A DNA stretch of 64,000 bases, taken from positions 5,408-69,407 of the forward strand of contig SBBO01000044.1 in assembly GCA_005239675.1 (NCBI GenBank), read 5' to 3'. Below are positions 51,223-59,064 of this stretch, in pieces. The first letter of the stretch is position 1. Each line of letters opens with the position of its first letter. Below the pieces are notes generated by a model, which was not told where the DNA came from, ran no database searches, and saw only the letters and a list, made by a program, of their open reading frames with translations. Both the position numbers and the translations under genes were made by a program. This DNA comes from Planctomycetales bacterium (GTDB lineage: Bacteria > Omnitrophota > Gorgyraeia > Zapsychrales > Zapsychraceae).

Positions 51223-51738
51223 CTATCCTTTCTTTTTTTCTTTTTTCTCCATTTTCTCCGCTTCTCTGATCTTGTCGCGCAGTTGTGCGGCCTTCTCAAA
51301 GTCTTCCATCTGGATCGCCTGCATTAACTGACTGCGCAATTCTTGGATAGTCTCGATACGTCGCTTCTCTGCCTGGGGCATGCGAATTGGGGTCTTACCA
51401 AGATGCTGGTTCGAGCCGTGAATTTTCTTTAAGAGCGTACCCAAATAACTCTTGAAGGCCTCATAACATTCGCTGCATCCCAGTCGACCGAATTTTCTGA
51501 ATTCCTCATAAGTCATCGCGCAGCTAGGGCACTGAAGATCGATCTTCTCAGTCTCAGTAATCGGCTTACCGAAATCAGCCAGACCGGCCAAGAGGTCTGC
51601 CAAGCCAAACTGCTGCTCCATCTGGACAGATTTCTGACGGGCACATTCTTCGCACAGATGCATCTCGGACATCTGTTCATCCACAATCTCGGTTAGATGC
51701 ACCGTCGCCTTCTTCTTCCCGCAGATATCGCACATCAT
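51223..51738 (-). CDS. mcsA: McsA (UvrB/UvrC-motif protein, activator of McsB)
   Basis: 171 aa. Two CxxC zinc-finger pairs (CDICGKK...CEEC, CPSC...CSEC) and a C-terminal UVR motif FEKAAQLRDKIREAE. Confidence 0.85.
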   Translation of the reverse strand: MMCDICGKKKATVHLTEIVDEQMSEMHLCEECARQKSVQMEQQFGLADLLAGLADFGKPITETEKIDLQCPSCAMTYEEFRKFGRLGCSECYEAFKSYLGTLLKKIHGSNQHLGKTPIRMPQAEKRRIETIQELRSQLMQAIQMEDFEKAAQLRDKIREAEKMEKKEKKKG

Positions 51739-51771
51739 AAAATGATAATCCTTTTTAAGATATCCTGACCA

Positions 51772-52635
51772 TTAATAGCTCACACCACTTTTCCGCGTCA
51801 AGGCCTTGAACATGGCCATCATCTTCAACGTGATCTCTCCTGGTTTGCCGTCAGCGATGACCCGACCATCGACTTTAACAACCGGGATGATCTCGGCCGC
51901 CGTCCCAGTCAAGAAACATTCATCCGCTGTATACACCTCATGACGAGTGATGAACCGTTCCCGCGCCTCGATGGTGCGGCTGCGGGCCAACATGAGAACC
52001 GTATCCAACGTAATCCCCTTCAGGCGCCCCTGGCTAGGCGTTGACAGCACGCCATTTTTGACGATAAAGATGTTGTCTCCCGTGCATTCGGCCACATAGC
52101 CCTGATTATCCAGCATGATGGCCTCAGCGTAACCGGCGTTATTTGCCTCAATCTTGGCTAAGATATTGTTCAGATAATTGAGCGATTTAAGCTGGGGATT
52201 AAGCGCCTCTGGGTAATTACGCACCGTCGGCACCGTGATAATCTCCATGCCCTTATTATACAATTCTTTGGCATAAAGCGTAATCTTATCTGCGATAATA
52301 ATCACATTAGGGCGCCCAATACACTTGCGCGGGTCAAGGCCAAGATCTCCTTCGCCACGGGTGACAATGACGCGGATATAGGCATCATCCAAACTATTAA
52401 CCTTAAGGGTCGCGACAATGGCGCTTCTCATCTCTTCCTTGGCTAAGGGAATCTGAATCATCAAGGTGTGGGCCGTTTCATAAAGGCGATCGATATGTTC
52501 CTTTAATCTAAACACACGTCTTTTATAGGAGCGGATCCCCTCAAAGGCCCCGTCGCCATAAAGAAACCCATGGTCAAAAATAGACACCTTCGCTTCTTTT
52601 TGCGGGAAAAATTCTCCATTAATATAAATTTTCAT
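51772..52635 (-). CDS. ilvE: branched-chain amino acid aminotransferase (class IV PLP enzyme)
   Basis: 287 aa. Motif FDHGFLYGDGAFEGIR and the overall class IV pattern. I cannot exclude a D-amino-acid aminotransferase. Confidence 0.8.
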   Translation of the reverse strand: MKIYINGEFFPQKEAKVSIFDHGFLYGDGAFEGIRSYKRRVFRLKEHIDRLYETAHTLMIQIPLAKEEMRSAIVATLKVNSLDDAYIRVIVTRGEGDLGLDPRKCIGRPNVIIIADKITLYAKELYNKGMEIITVPTVRNYPEALNPQLKSLNYLNNILAKIEANNAGYAEAIMLDNQGYVAECTGDNIFIVKNGVLSTPSQGRLKGITLDTVLMLARSRTIEARERFITRHEVYTADECFLTGTAAEIIPVVKVDGRVIADGKPGEITLKMMAMFKALTRKSGVSY

Positions 52636-53336
52636 GTCAATCTCCCATCCTGCAAATGAATTATCCGGTGGCTCATGCGAGCAATCTGTTCATCATGAGT
52701 CACCACAACCAAGGCCTGCTTATTGCGCGCGTTCAGCTCCTTGAGGAGCTCGATGATGGCGTGACCAGTCTCTGCATCAAGGTTTCCTGTCGGTTCATCA
52801 CAAAAAATAATCTTCGGCTGGTTGATCAGCGCGCGGGCGATCGCCACCCGCTGTTGTTCGCCGCCGGACAATTGAGAAGGTCGGTGCCGCGATCTTTCCT
52901 GCAAACCCACCCGTTGCAGCATGGCCATACCCTGGGCCTCCAGCGAATCCATCCGCTTCTCATCCGCCTTGATTAGCGCTGGTAGTAAGACATTTTCTAA
53001 CGCCGTAAATTCTTGAAGCAAATGGTAGAATTGAAAAATAAATCCTATCTTGCTATTTCTTAGCCTGGCGCGTTGACGATCGTCTAAATGGTAAATATCC
53101 TCACCCGCTAGATAAACGTTGCCTTCATCGGGCGCGTCCAACCCACCGAGGACATGTAGTAAGGTCGATTTCCCAGCGCCTGAAGGCCCCACCATGGCAA
53201 CCATTTCACCGTCACCGACCCTGACATCAATGCCCTTTAAGACATGAAGGGTATCCCCAGCGTCATGGTAAGACTTGTTAATATTGACCGCCTGCAACAG
53301 CATGTCTTCTGTGGGGCCATTGAGCCGGTTACTCAT
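52632..53336 (-). CDS. lolD: lipoprotein-releasing ABC transporter ATP-binding protein LolD
   Basis: 234 aa. Walker [10 protein letters not shown], signature [15 protein letters not shown], and Walker [12 protein letters not shown]. Overlaps the permease gene by 8 nt. Confidence 0.82.
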   Translation of the reverse strand: MSNRLNGPTEDMLLQAVNINKSYHDAGDTLHVLKGIDVRVGDGEMVAMVGPSGAGKSTLLHVLGGLDAPDEGNVYLAGEDIYHLDDRQRARLRNSKIGFIFQFYHLLQEFTALENVLLPALIKADEKRMDSLEAQGMAMLQRVGLQERSRHRPSQLSGGEQQRVAIARALINQPKIIFCDEPTGNLDAETGHAIIELLKELNARNKQALVVVTHDEQIARMSHRIIHLQDGRLT

Positions 53337-54522
53337 AACGCAGTGCTTCCACAGGCTGCAATCTGGCCGCCTTTGCCGCTGGATAAATAGTCGCCAAATA
53401 ACTAATACCTAAGGCGGTAACGACAATGACTATCATATCAAATGGTTGCAATTCCACCGGCACATGATCAATCGAATAAATTTCCCGGGGAACATGCACG
53501 TAGGTTCTTAAGACATGGCTTAATCCCACCCCCGCCACAACCCCCCAGAACGTGCCCAGACAACCTATGAAAATACCTTGTTTGGTAAAAATTCTGCGGA
53601 TAGAACTCTTGGGCACGCCAATGGACTGCAAAATACCGATATCGTGTACCTTACTAGTCACCGTCACGATGAGGGTGCTGATGATGTTAAAGGAAGCCAC
53701 CACGACCATGAGCATCAGGATAAGAAAAAGTCCCCATTTTTCCAGAATCAAAGCGTCAAAGAGGTTGCGGTTCATGTCAATCCAGGTCTTTGCCACAAAC
53801 CCATACCCGATAAGGCCGTGGATGACGTCTTTAATCTGTCTGGCCTGATTGGGGTCGTACAATCTCACGCCGATGCCGCTGGCCGTATTTTCTGGAAGAT
53901 GAAATATCTGCTGGGCGCGGTGGAGATGCACGAGGATGAGGTTCGTGTCATAATCGACCATGCCCGTTGTAAAAATTCCAACGACCTTCAGATTATACCG
54001 CCAATCACTACCGGCAATCCCAGAACCAGGCGAGATGATGTTGATCGTATCACCCGGCGTATACCCAAAATACCTTGCCAGCTCACTACCGATGATGACA
54101 CTATCAGCGTCTAGATCAGCAAGATTGCCTTCAACTAAATATTTACTAACACTGGTGATTTGCTTCTCGGTCTGCGGCATAATGCCACGCGCTATAAGAC
54201 CAGTCGCCTGGCCCGTGTTTTCCAAGAAGACATTACCCTGGATATATGCAGAAGTGGCCTGGACGCCGGCAATGGTGTTGACCTCTTGGCGCACGGCTTC
54301 AAAATCGCGGATACCACCTTCTTTCTCGAGCATGATATGGGGGGTCGTACCGATAATCTTCTCGCGTAGATTATTGCCAAACCCGGTCATGACGCCGGTA
54401 ACGACAATCAAAGACGCAACACCAATAGCCACTCCCCCAATCGAAATACAATTAAGGAAGCGCAGGAATCTCCCCTGGCTGGCACGCATATACCGATAAC
54501 TAATCCAATTTTCGTAATTCAT
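53329..54522 (-). CDS. lolE: lipoprotein-releasing system permease, LolC/E family
   Basis: 397 aa. N-terminus ISYRYMRASQGRFLRFLNCISIGGVAIGVASLIVVTGVMTGF, a periplasmic domain, and a C-terminal FtsX module. Confidence 0.8.
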   Translation of the reverse strand: MNYENWISYRYMRASQGRFLRFLNCISIGGVAIGVASLIVVTGVMTGFGNNLREKIIGTTPHIMLEKEGGIRDFEAVRQEVNTIAGVQATSAYIQGNVFLENTGQATGLIARGIMPQTEKQITSVSKYLVEGNLADLDADSVIIGSELARYFGYTPGDTINIISPGSGIAGSDWRYNLKVVGIFTTGMVDYDTNLILVHLHRAQQIFHLPENTASGIGVRLYDPNQARQIKDVIHGLIGYGFVAKTWIDMNRNLFDALILEKWGLFLILMLMVVVASFNIISTLIVTVTSKVHDIGILQSIGVPKSSIRRIFTKQGIFIGCLGTFWGVVAGVGLSHVLRTYVHVPREIYSIDHVPVELQPFDMIVIVVTALGISYLATIYPAAKAARLQPVEALRYE

Positions 54523-54538
54523 TGCGCAAGTTCAATCA

Positions 54539-56041
54539 TTAATGAATATCTATGTTTCCAGCACTCGCGTTACTCGCCGCGCTCGCCATGCTCACCATGC
54601 TCGCCGGCTTCAGGAGCGGGAACAAAATGACATCCCGAATGGACGCCGCATCTGTCAACAGCATCACCAACCGGTCAATACCGATCCCCAATCCCCCCGC
54701 TGGCGGCATGCCATATTCCAAGGCGTGCACAAAATCTTCATCGATCATCCGATTGCCCGTCTCTGCATCATCCTCAAGATCCTCGAGCAATCTCTTGCGC
54801 TGTTCGGTGGGGTCATTGAGCTCTGAATAGGCATTGCCTATTTCTAGGCCAGCGATAAACACCTCAAAGCGCTGGGAAATAGCGCGGTTATCCGACATGG
54901 TCTTGGCCAAAGGACACAGGAACGTAAAATATTCTGTAAAAAAAACTGGATTGACGATCGCCTCTTCTTCCAGCATTTCTTCAACGATCTTCATGATACC
55001 GGAACGGGTCAACTTATCGAGCTTGGTGGCATGCGCTTTGTGTTGGTGTAATTTCACCAGCATGGTCTTAGCATCGTCTTCTGGCTCAATACCAAATTTC
55101 TCTTTAACAACTCGGGCAAAAGACCTGCGTTCCCAGGGCGGGGTAAAATCAATGACCCTGCCCTGATAAGTCACCTGATAGGAACCGTTCATCTCCTTGA
55201 CTAAGCCACTTATTAAATCCTCCGTGAGACGCATCATGTCCTCGTAATTCCCGTAGGCCTGATAAGCCTCCAGCATAGTAAATTCAGGGTTATGGCGCGT
55301 TGAGATGCCTTCGTTGCGAAAATTACGGTTCATCTCGTAAACACGCTCTAGGCCGCCGACGAGCAGCCGCTTAAGATAAAGTTCCGGGGCAATCCGCAGG
55401 AATACCTCCATGTCATAGGCGTTGTGAACACTTTTAAACGGCCGACCGCGGGCGCCACCAGCCATAGGCTGCAAGATCGGCGTCTCCACCTCAAGAAATC
55501 CACGATTGTCCAAAAAAGAACGTATGTAACGGATAATGCGACTGCGCTTCATGAATAGATCCCGCGTATCTTTATTAACAATCAAATCCACGTATCTCTG
55601 ACGATAGCGCGTCTCGGTATCTTTAAGTCCATGCCATTTTTCAGGAAGGCTCATCAAAGATTTGCAGAGGACCTGAAGGTGGGATACCCGCACGCTTTGT
55701 TGCCCAGTCTTTGTCATAAAGAGCACCCCCTGAACTCCAATGATATCCCCAATATCGAGGTCCCCCACTATATCAAACGCAACCTGACTTCCGGCATCTG
55801 CTTTAATAAAAAGCTGGATTCTACCTGTTTGGTCCTGGATGTCGGCAAAGACAACCTTGCCGTGGCTTCGATTGGCCAAGAGTCGCCCTGCCAGAGCAAC
55901 CTCCTGGCCTTCTTGAAAGGACGCGAGCACATCCGTGATATTGGCTGACGGTGTGAAGCCGCCGGCGTATGGATCAATGCCGCTTTTCCTCAAATGATCG
56001 AGCTTTTCTAACCTAACTCTTTTTATCTCATCAGGTTCCAT
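54539..56041 (-). CDS. lysS: lysine--tRNA ligase (class II)
   Basis: 500 aa. OB anticodon-binding domain and class II motifs (FLEVETPILQ, YLRIAPELYLKRL, GGLGIGIDRLVMLL). Confidence 0.93.
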   Translation of the reverse strand: MEPDEIKRVRLEKLDHLRKSGIDPYAGGFTPSANITDVLASFQEGQEVALAGRLLANRSHGKVVFADIQDQTGRIQLFIKADAGSQVAFDIVGDLDIGDIIGVQGVLFMTKTGQQSVRVSHLQVLCKSLMSLPEKWHGLKDTETRYRQRYVDLIVNKDTRDLFMKRSRIIRYIRSFLDNRGFLEVETPILQPMAGGARGRPFKSVHNAYDMEVFLRIAPELYLKRLLVGGLERVYEMNRNFRNEGISTRHNPEFTMLEAYQAYGNYEDMMRLTEDLISGLVKEMNGSYQVTYQGRVIDFTPPWERRSFARVVKEKFGIEPEDDAKTMLVKLHQHKAHATKLDKLTRSGIMKIVEEMLEEEAIVNPVFFTEYFTFLCPLAKTMSDNRAISQRFEVFIAGLEIGNAYSELNDPTEQRKRLLEDLEDDAETGNRMIDEDFVHALEYGMPPAGGLGIGIDRLVMLLTDAASIRDVILFPLLKPASMVSMASAASNASAGNIDIH

Positions 56042-56085
56042 AAGACAGTGAAAAATATAATATTCATAAAAAAAATAATATGATG

Positions 56086-56114
56086 ATTATATGGGAAAAT
56101 AGAGGGCGTGTCAA
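56086..56114 (-). promoter_or_regulatory. consensus sigma70 promoter upstream of lysS
   Basis: Minus strand reads TTGACA (56114-56109), exactly 17 nt, then TATAAT (56091-56086). Lies about 45 nt upstream of the lysS ATG. Confidence 0.6.
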
Positions 56115-56154
56115 TGCCTTGATACAGATAGGTGCGCACAGATGTGGCGGGACA

Positions 56155-56484
56155 TTACCATTTTCTAAATATAAAAAATACTGCCAGGATAATCATTAAA
56201 AACCCTACTATATAATTCCATTTTAATTCTTCTTTAAGGTACACGACCGAAAATACACAAAAAATAATAAGGGTGATCACCTCCTGGATGGTTTTTAATT
56301 GAGCGACACTAAATTGCGCATGCCCTATCCGATTAGCTGGCACCTGAAAACAATATTCCGCAAAGGCAATGAGCCAACTAACAAGGACAACGATCCATAA
56401 GGGAGATGATTTATATCGAAGATGTCCATACCACGCTATAGTCATAAAAATATTGGCTATCGTCAATAGGACAATCGTTTTCAT
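56155..56484 (-). CDS. DMT-superfamily small membrane protein (DUF486-like)
   Basis: 109 aa with 4 TM helices. Starts MKTIVLLTIANIFMTIAWYGHLRYK, typical of this family. Confidence 0.7.
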   Translation of the reverse strand: MKTIVLLTIANIFMTIAWYGHLRYKSSPLWIVVLVSWLIAFAEYCFQVPANRIGHAQFSVAQLKTIQEVITLIIFCVFSVVYLKEELKWNYIVGFLMIILAVFFIFRKW

Positions 56485-56506
56485 AGGGGCTATCGTTAGT
56501 CTACGG

Positions 56507-57103
56507 CTAACTCATCCACAGCTCAACGATTCCCTTGCGGATCATCATCACGGCAATGGCGGCGAGGAAAAGGGACATAATCTTGGACAGCGCTCTCGAG
56601 CCGGCCTGTCCTAGTGTCTTTATCAAGACATCAGACCAAGTAAATATTACTCCAACTAGACAGATATTGAGCACTGCAGAGATGACCGTGGCGACCAAGC
56701 CGTACTCCTCGATAATGATAAGCGAGGTCGTCAATACAGCGGGACCGACAATCAAAGGCGTTCCTAGCGGGACCGCCCCCAGGTCATCGACAGGCCGGCG
56801 CCACTGTTTGCCCGGTACCAGCAAATCGCTCACGGAAAGACACATAAGAACAAGACCACCGGCAACCATGAAATCACCAACACTGATCCCCATCATGCGG
56901 AACACCCATTTTCCGACAAAAATAAACACAATTGCAACTGACAAGGCCGTTATAACCGATTGAACAATGATCTTCTGTTTTTCCTTTTTCCCTATTCTGT
57001 GGGTCAGCGCCACAAAGACCGGCAACAATCCAATGGGATCCACCGCAATAAAAACCGGTATAAAAGCCAGGAATATTTCGCTTGCCATAACTTTAGAGTC
57101 CAA
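56507..57103 (-). CDS. MarC family (UPF0056) membrane protein
   Basis: 198 aa with 6 TM helices and MarC-type motifs (DPIGLLPVF..., GAVPLGTPLIVGPA). Confidence 0.8.
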   Translation of the reverse strand: MDSKVMASEIFLAFIPVFIAVDPIGLLPVFVALTHRIGKKEKQKIIVQSVITALSVAIVFIFVGKWVFRMMGISVGDFMVAGGLVLMCLSVSDLLVPGKQWRRPVDDLGAVPLGTPLIVGPAVLTTSLIIIEEYGLVATVISAVLNICLVGVIFTWSDVLIKTLGQAGSRALSKIMSLFLAAIAVMMIRKGIVELWMS

Positions 57104-57452
57104 GAATGGTCTTCACCTTAGAGGTCAAGACCTTGTCCCCATCGGCCTTATTGTAATAGTCGGTGGCCCGCGGGATGCGCAATTCTTGCTCCCGTACCGG
57201 AAGAACACTCGTGACCATAATCGGGACAGCAGAGGTGTAATCCGTAATAATCTCGTAGACGCCGCGGCCATCCACTTCAGGCATCTGGATATCCAACAAT
57301 ATAAGATCCAATTCGCGAGAGCTACGCATCAGGATATTCACTACCTCGAGAGCATCGGGGGCCTCGAGCACCTCGAGCTTCATCTTTTCTAAAATCTTAC
57401 GACAACGGCTACGCATCTCCTTGTTATCATCGACAATCAGTATCTTTCCCAT
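57093..57452 (-). CDS. stand-alone response-regulator receiver domain protein (CheY-like)
   Basis: ORF trimmed to the ATG at 57452, which is preceded by AAGGAGA. 119 aa. Has ILIVDDN, the phospho-acceptor LILLDIQMPEVDG, and the conserved T/K positions. No output domain. Overlaps the MarC start by 11 nt. Confidence 0.85.
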   Translation of the reverse strand: MGKILIVDDNKEMRSRCRKILEKMKLEVLEAPDALEVVNILMRSSRELDLILLDIQMPEVDGRGVYEIITDYTSAVPIMVTSVLPVREQELRIPRATDYYNKADGDKVLTSKVKTILGL

Positions 57453-57462
57453 ATTAATCTCC

Positions 57463-57750
57463 TTTCTCACCGCTAGTCGCGGTGAGAAATCCCTGCGCTT
57501 TGATTCATCTCGTACTATCAAATACCCCGAGATGAATTAGCAGGGATAATGCTTACACCCAACCGCTAGTCGCGGTGAGAAATCCCTGCGTTTTGATTCA
57601 TCCTGTACTATTATTCGCCGCAGAGGCGGCGAATAATCCCTGCGCTTTGATTCATCTTGTACTATCAAATACTCAAGATGAATCAGCAGGGATCAAATAC
57701 CCCTGGCTGAATCAGCAGGGATCAAATACTTCAGAATGAATCCTAGGAGG
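57463..57750. repeat. cluster of nested inverted and direct repeats filling the xth / receiver-gene spacer
   Basis: - Forward motif aatccctgcg[c/t]tttgattcatc occurs at 57488, 57581 and 57635.
- Its reverse complement gatgaat[t/c]agcagggat occurs at 57531, 57677 and 57707, with a degenerate copy at 57735.
- Twin long hairpins lie at 57490-57546 and 57637-57692.
- A perfect 12-bp hairpin lies at 57610-57637.
- An 11-bp hairpin lies at 57463-57489.
- A 48-nt block is directly duplicated at 57470 and 57563.
- Tandem units of about 29 nt start at 57664, 57692 and 57721. Confidence 0.9.
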
Positions 57751-57770
57751 CAATGTGATCTGTTTCCACT

Positions 57771-58523
57771 CTATTTTAACTCAATTCCTACCGGACAATG
57801 ATCAGATCCCATGATCTCTTTTAAGATGAATGCGTCTTTAAGGCGCGGACGTAACACCGGTGAGATCAAGAAATAATCAATGCGCCAGCCAATATTCCGT
57901 TTGCGGCAATTCCCCATTGGGCTCCACCAGGTGTAATGCCCCTCGCTCTGTTCAAACACGCGCAACGTATCAATAAAGCCGCTCTCAATGATGCGCTCGA
58001 ACCCCAAACGCTCCTCGGGGGTAAACCCATGATTTTTCTCGTTACCCTTTGGATTGGCGAGATCAAGGGGGGTGTGCGCCACGTTGAGGTCCCCACAAAA
58101 GATAACCGGTTTTTTCTTCTCAATTCTCTTAAGGTAACTAAGCAGATCCACGTCCCACTCCCGGGTGCGGTACGGGAGACGGTCGAGACCACGCTTAGAA
58201 TTGGGCACATAGACGTTCACAAGGAAGAAGTCCTTGTATTCCAGCGTCATAACCCTCCCTTCATTGTCATGCTTGGAAATCCCCATGCCGTTCGTGACAC
58301 AAAGAGGGATGGGTTGACTAAAGACAGCCGTTCCAGAATAACCGACTTTCTGGGCATGGTTCCAATACTGCTGATAACCTGGCAAATTGATCTTTACCGC
58401 CTCACCAGGAGATTTGGTCTCCTGAAGGCACACGATATCTGGCTTAAATTTCTTAATAAAATCGAGCAGGCCTTTATTAAGCGCAGACCTAATCCCGTTA
58501 AGGTTCCACGAAAGAAGCTTCAT
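57771..58523 (-). CDS. xth: exodeoxyribonuclease III
   Basis: ORF trimmed to the ATG at 58523 (MKLLSWNLNGIRS). Motifs CLQETK, GDLNVAHT and SDHCPV. Confidence 0.9.
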   Translation of the reverse strand: MKLLSWNLNGIRSALNKGLLDFIKKFKPDIVCLQETKSPGEAVKINLPGYQQYWNHAQKVGYSGTAVFSQPIPLCVTNGMGISKHDNEGRVMTLEYKDFFLVNVYVPNSKRGLDRLPYRTREWDVDLLSYLKRIEKKKPVIFCGDLNVAHTPLDLANPKGNEKNHGFTPEERLGFERIIESGFIDTLRVFEQSEGHYTWWSPMGNCRKRNIGWRIDYFLISPVLRPRLKDAFILKEIMGSDHCPVGIELK

Positions 58524-58614
58524 GATGTTGTTTATTCTAAGGCAGCCAAAGAATATGCACAACAGTTTTCTTGGATGGGTAAATTAAAGATAAAAAAGGG
58601 GTATTTAACTCTGC

Positions 58615-59046
58615 TTAACGTTGGAAGGCATAATCGTGGCTTACCACCAGGCGCCCCTGCATCATCAGGGCATGGAGACTGCACTCATACTTCATCTCTT
58701 TCTCATCCCTGGGGGCTGTAAAAAGGACTGCGTCCTTTTCTCCATAATCGAGTATACGGCTCGCCACATCGGTACCCTGAATAACAAAATCATGCTTCAT
58801 CCCTGCATCCAGATTATGAATAATAAACCGTACGGTCTCTCCTGGCTTCAGATAGATGGCGGGGTTATTATTTCCAAAACTCATATTCTGAATTTTAAGA
58901 AGAATTTCCCGTGGGTTTGGTGAATCCTGAGCAGAGCTGTTGCTTTCTAAATCTCTCCAACCAATCAACAGGAGCGCACCAAGCACGATCATCAGCGTCA
59001 ATCTCCCTCGATGGGTCTTGATTTCTTTTTTAATTCTTTCTACCAT
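58615..59046 (-). CDS. membrane-anchored type-1 copper (cupredoxin) protein
   Basis: 143 aa with one N-terminal TM helix. Ligand pattern is H (GMKHDFVI), then C-x2-H-x2-M (YECSLHALMM), the same spacing as amicyanin. SD AAGGTGA precedes the ATG. Confidence 0.7.
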   Translation of the reverse strand: MVERIKKEIKTHRGRLTLMIVLGALLLIGWRDLESNSSAQDSPNPREILLKIQNMSFGNNNPAIYLKPGETVRFIIHNLDAGMKHDFVIQGTDVASRILDYGEKDAVLFTAPRDEKEMKYECSLHALMMQGRLVVSHDYAFQR

Positions 59047-59064
59047 AATGATTCACCTTGGCTG

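Noticed and set aside
52565-52585. CtsR operator upstream region (single ggtcaaa at about 52573)
   Set aside because: It is a single half-site inside the ilvE coding sequence with no tandem heptad repeat. It is not positioned at a promoter.
57473-57655. Three repeated mini-ORFs (MNQ[S/N]AGI...) as genuine leader peptides
   Set aside because: They are a direct by-product of the repeated atgaatca motif. They lack Shine-Dalgarno sequences and have no regulatory-codon enrichment. I note them under the repeat finding only.
57453-57770. Possible CRISPR array or integron attC array, given the many short repeats
   Set aside because: The repeats occur in both orientations and pair with each other. 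No unique spacers of constant length lie between identical direct repeats. No cas or intI gene is in the window. The attC core sites (GTTRRRY and RYYYAAC) are absent.
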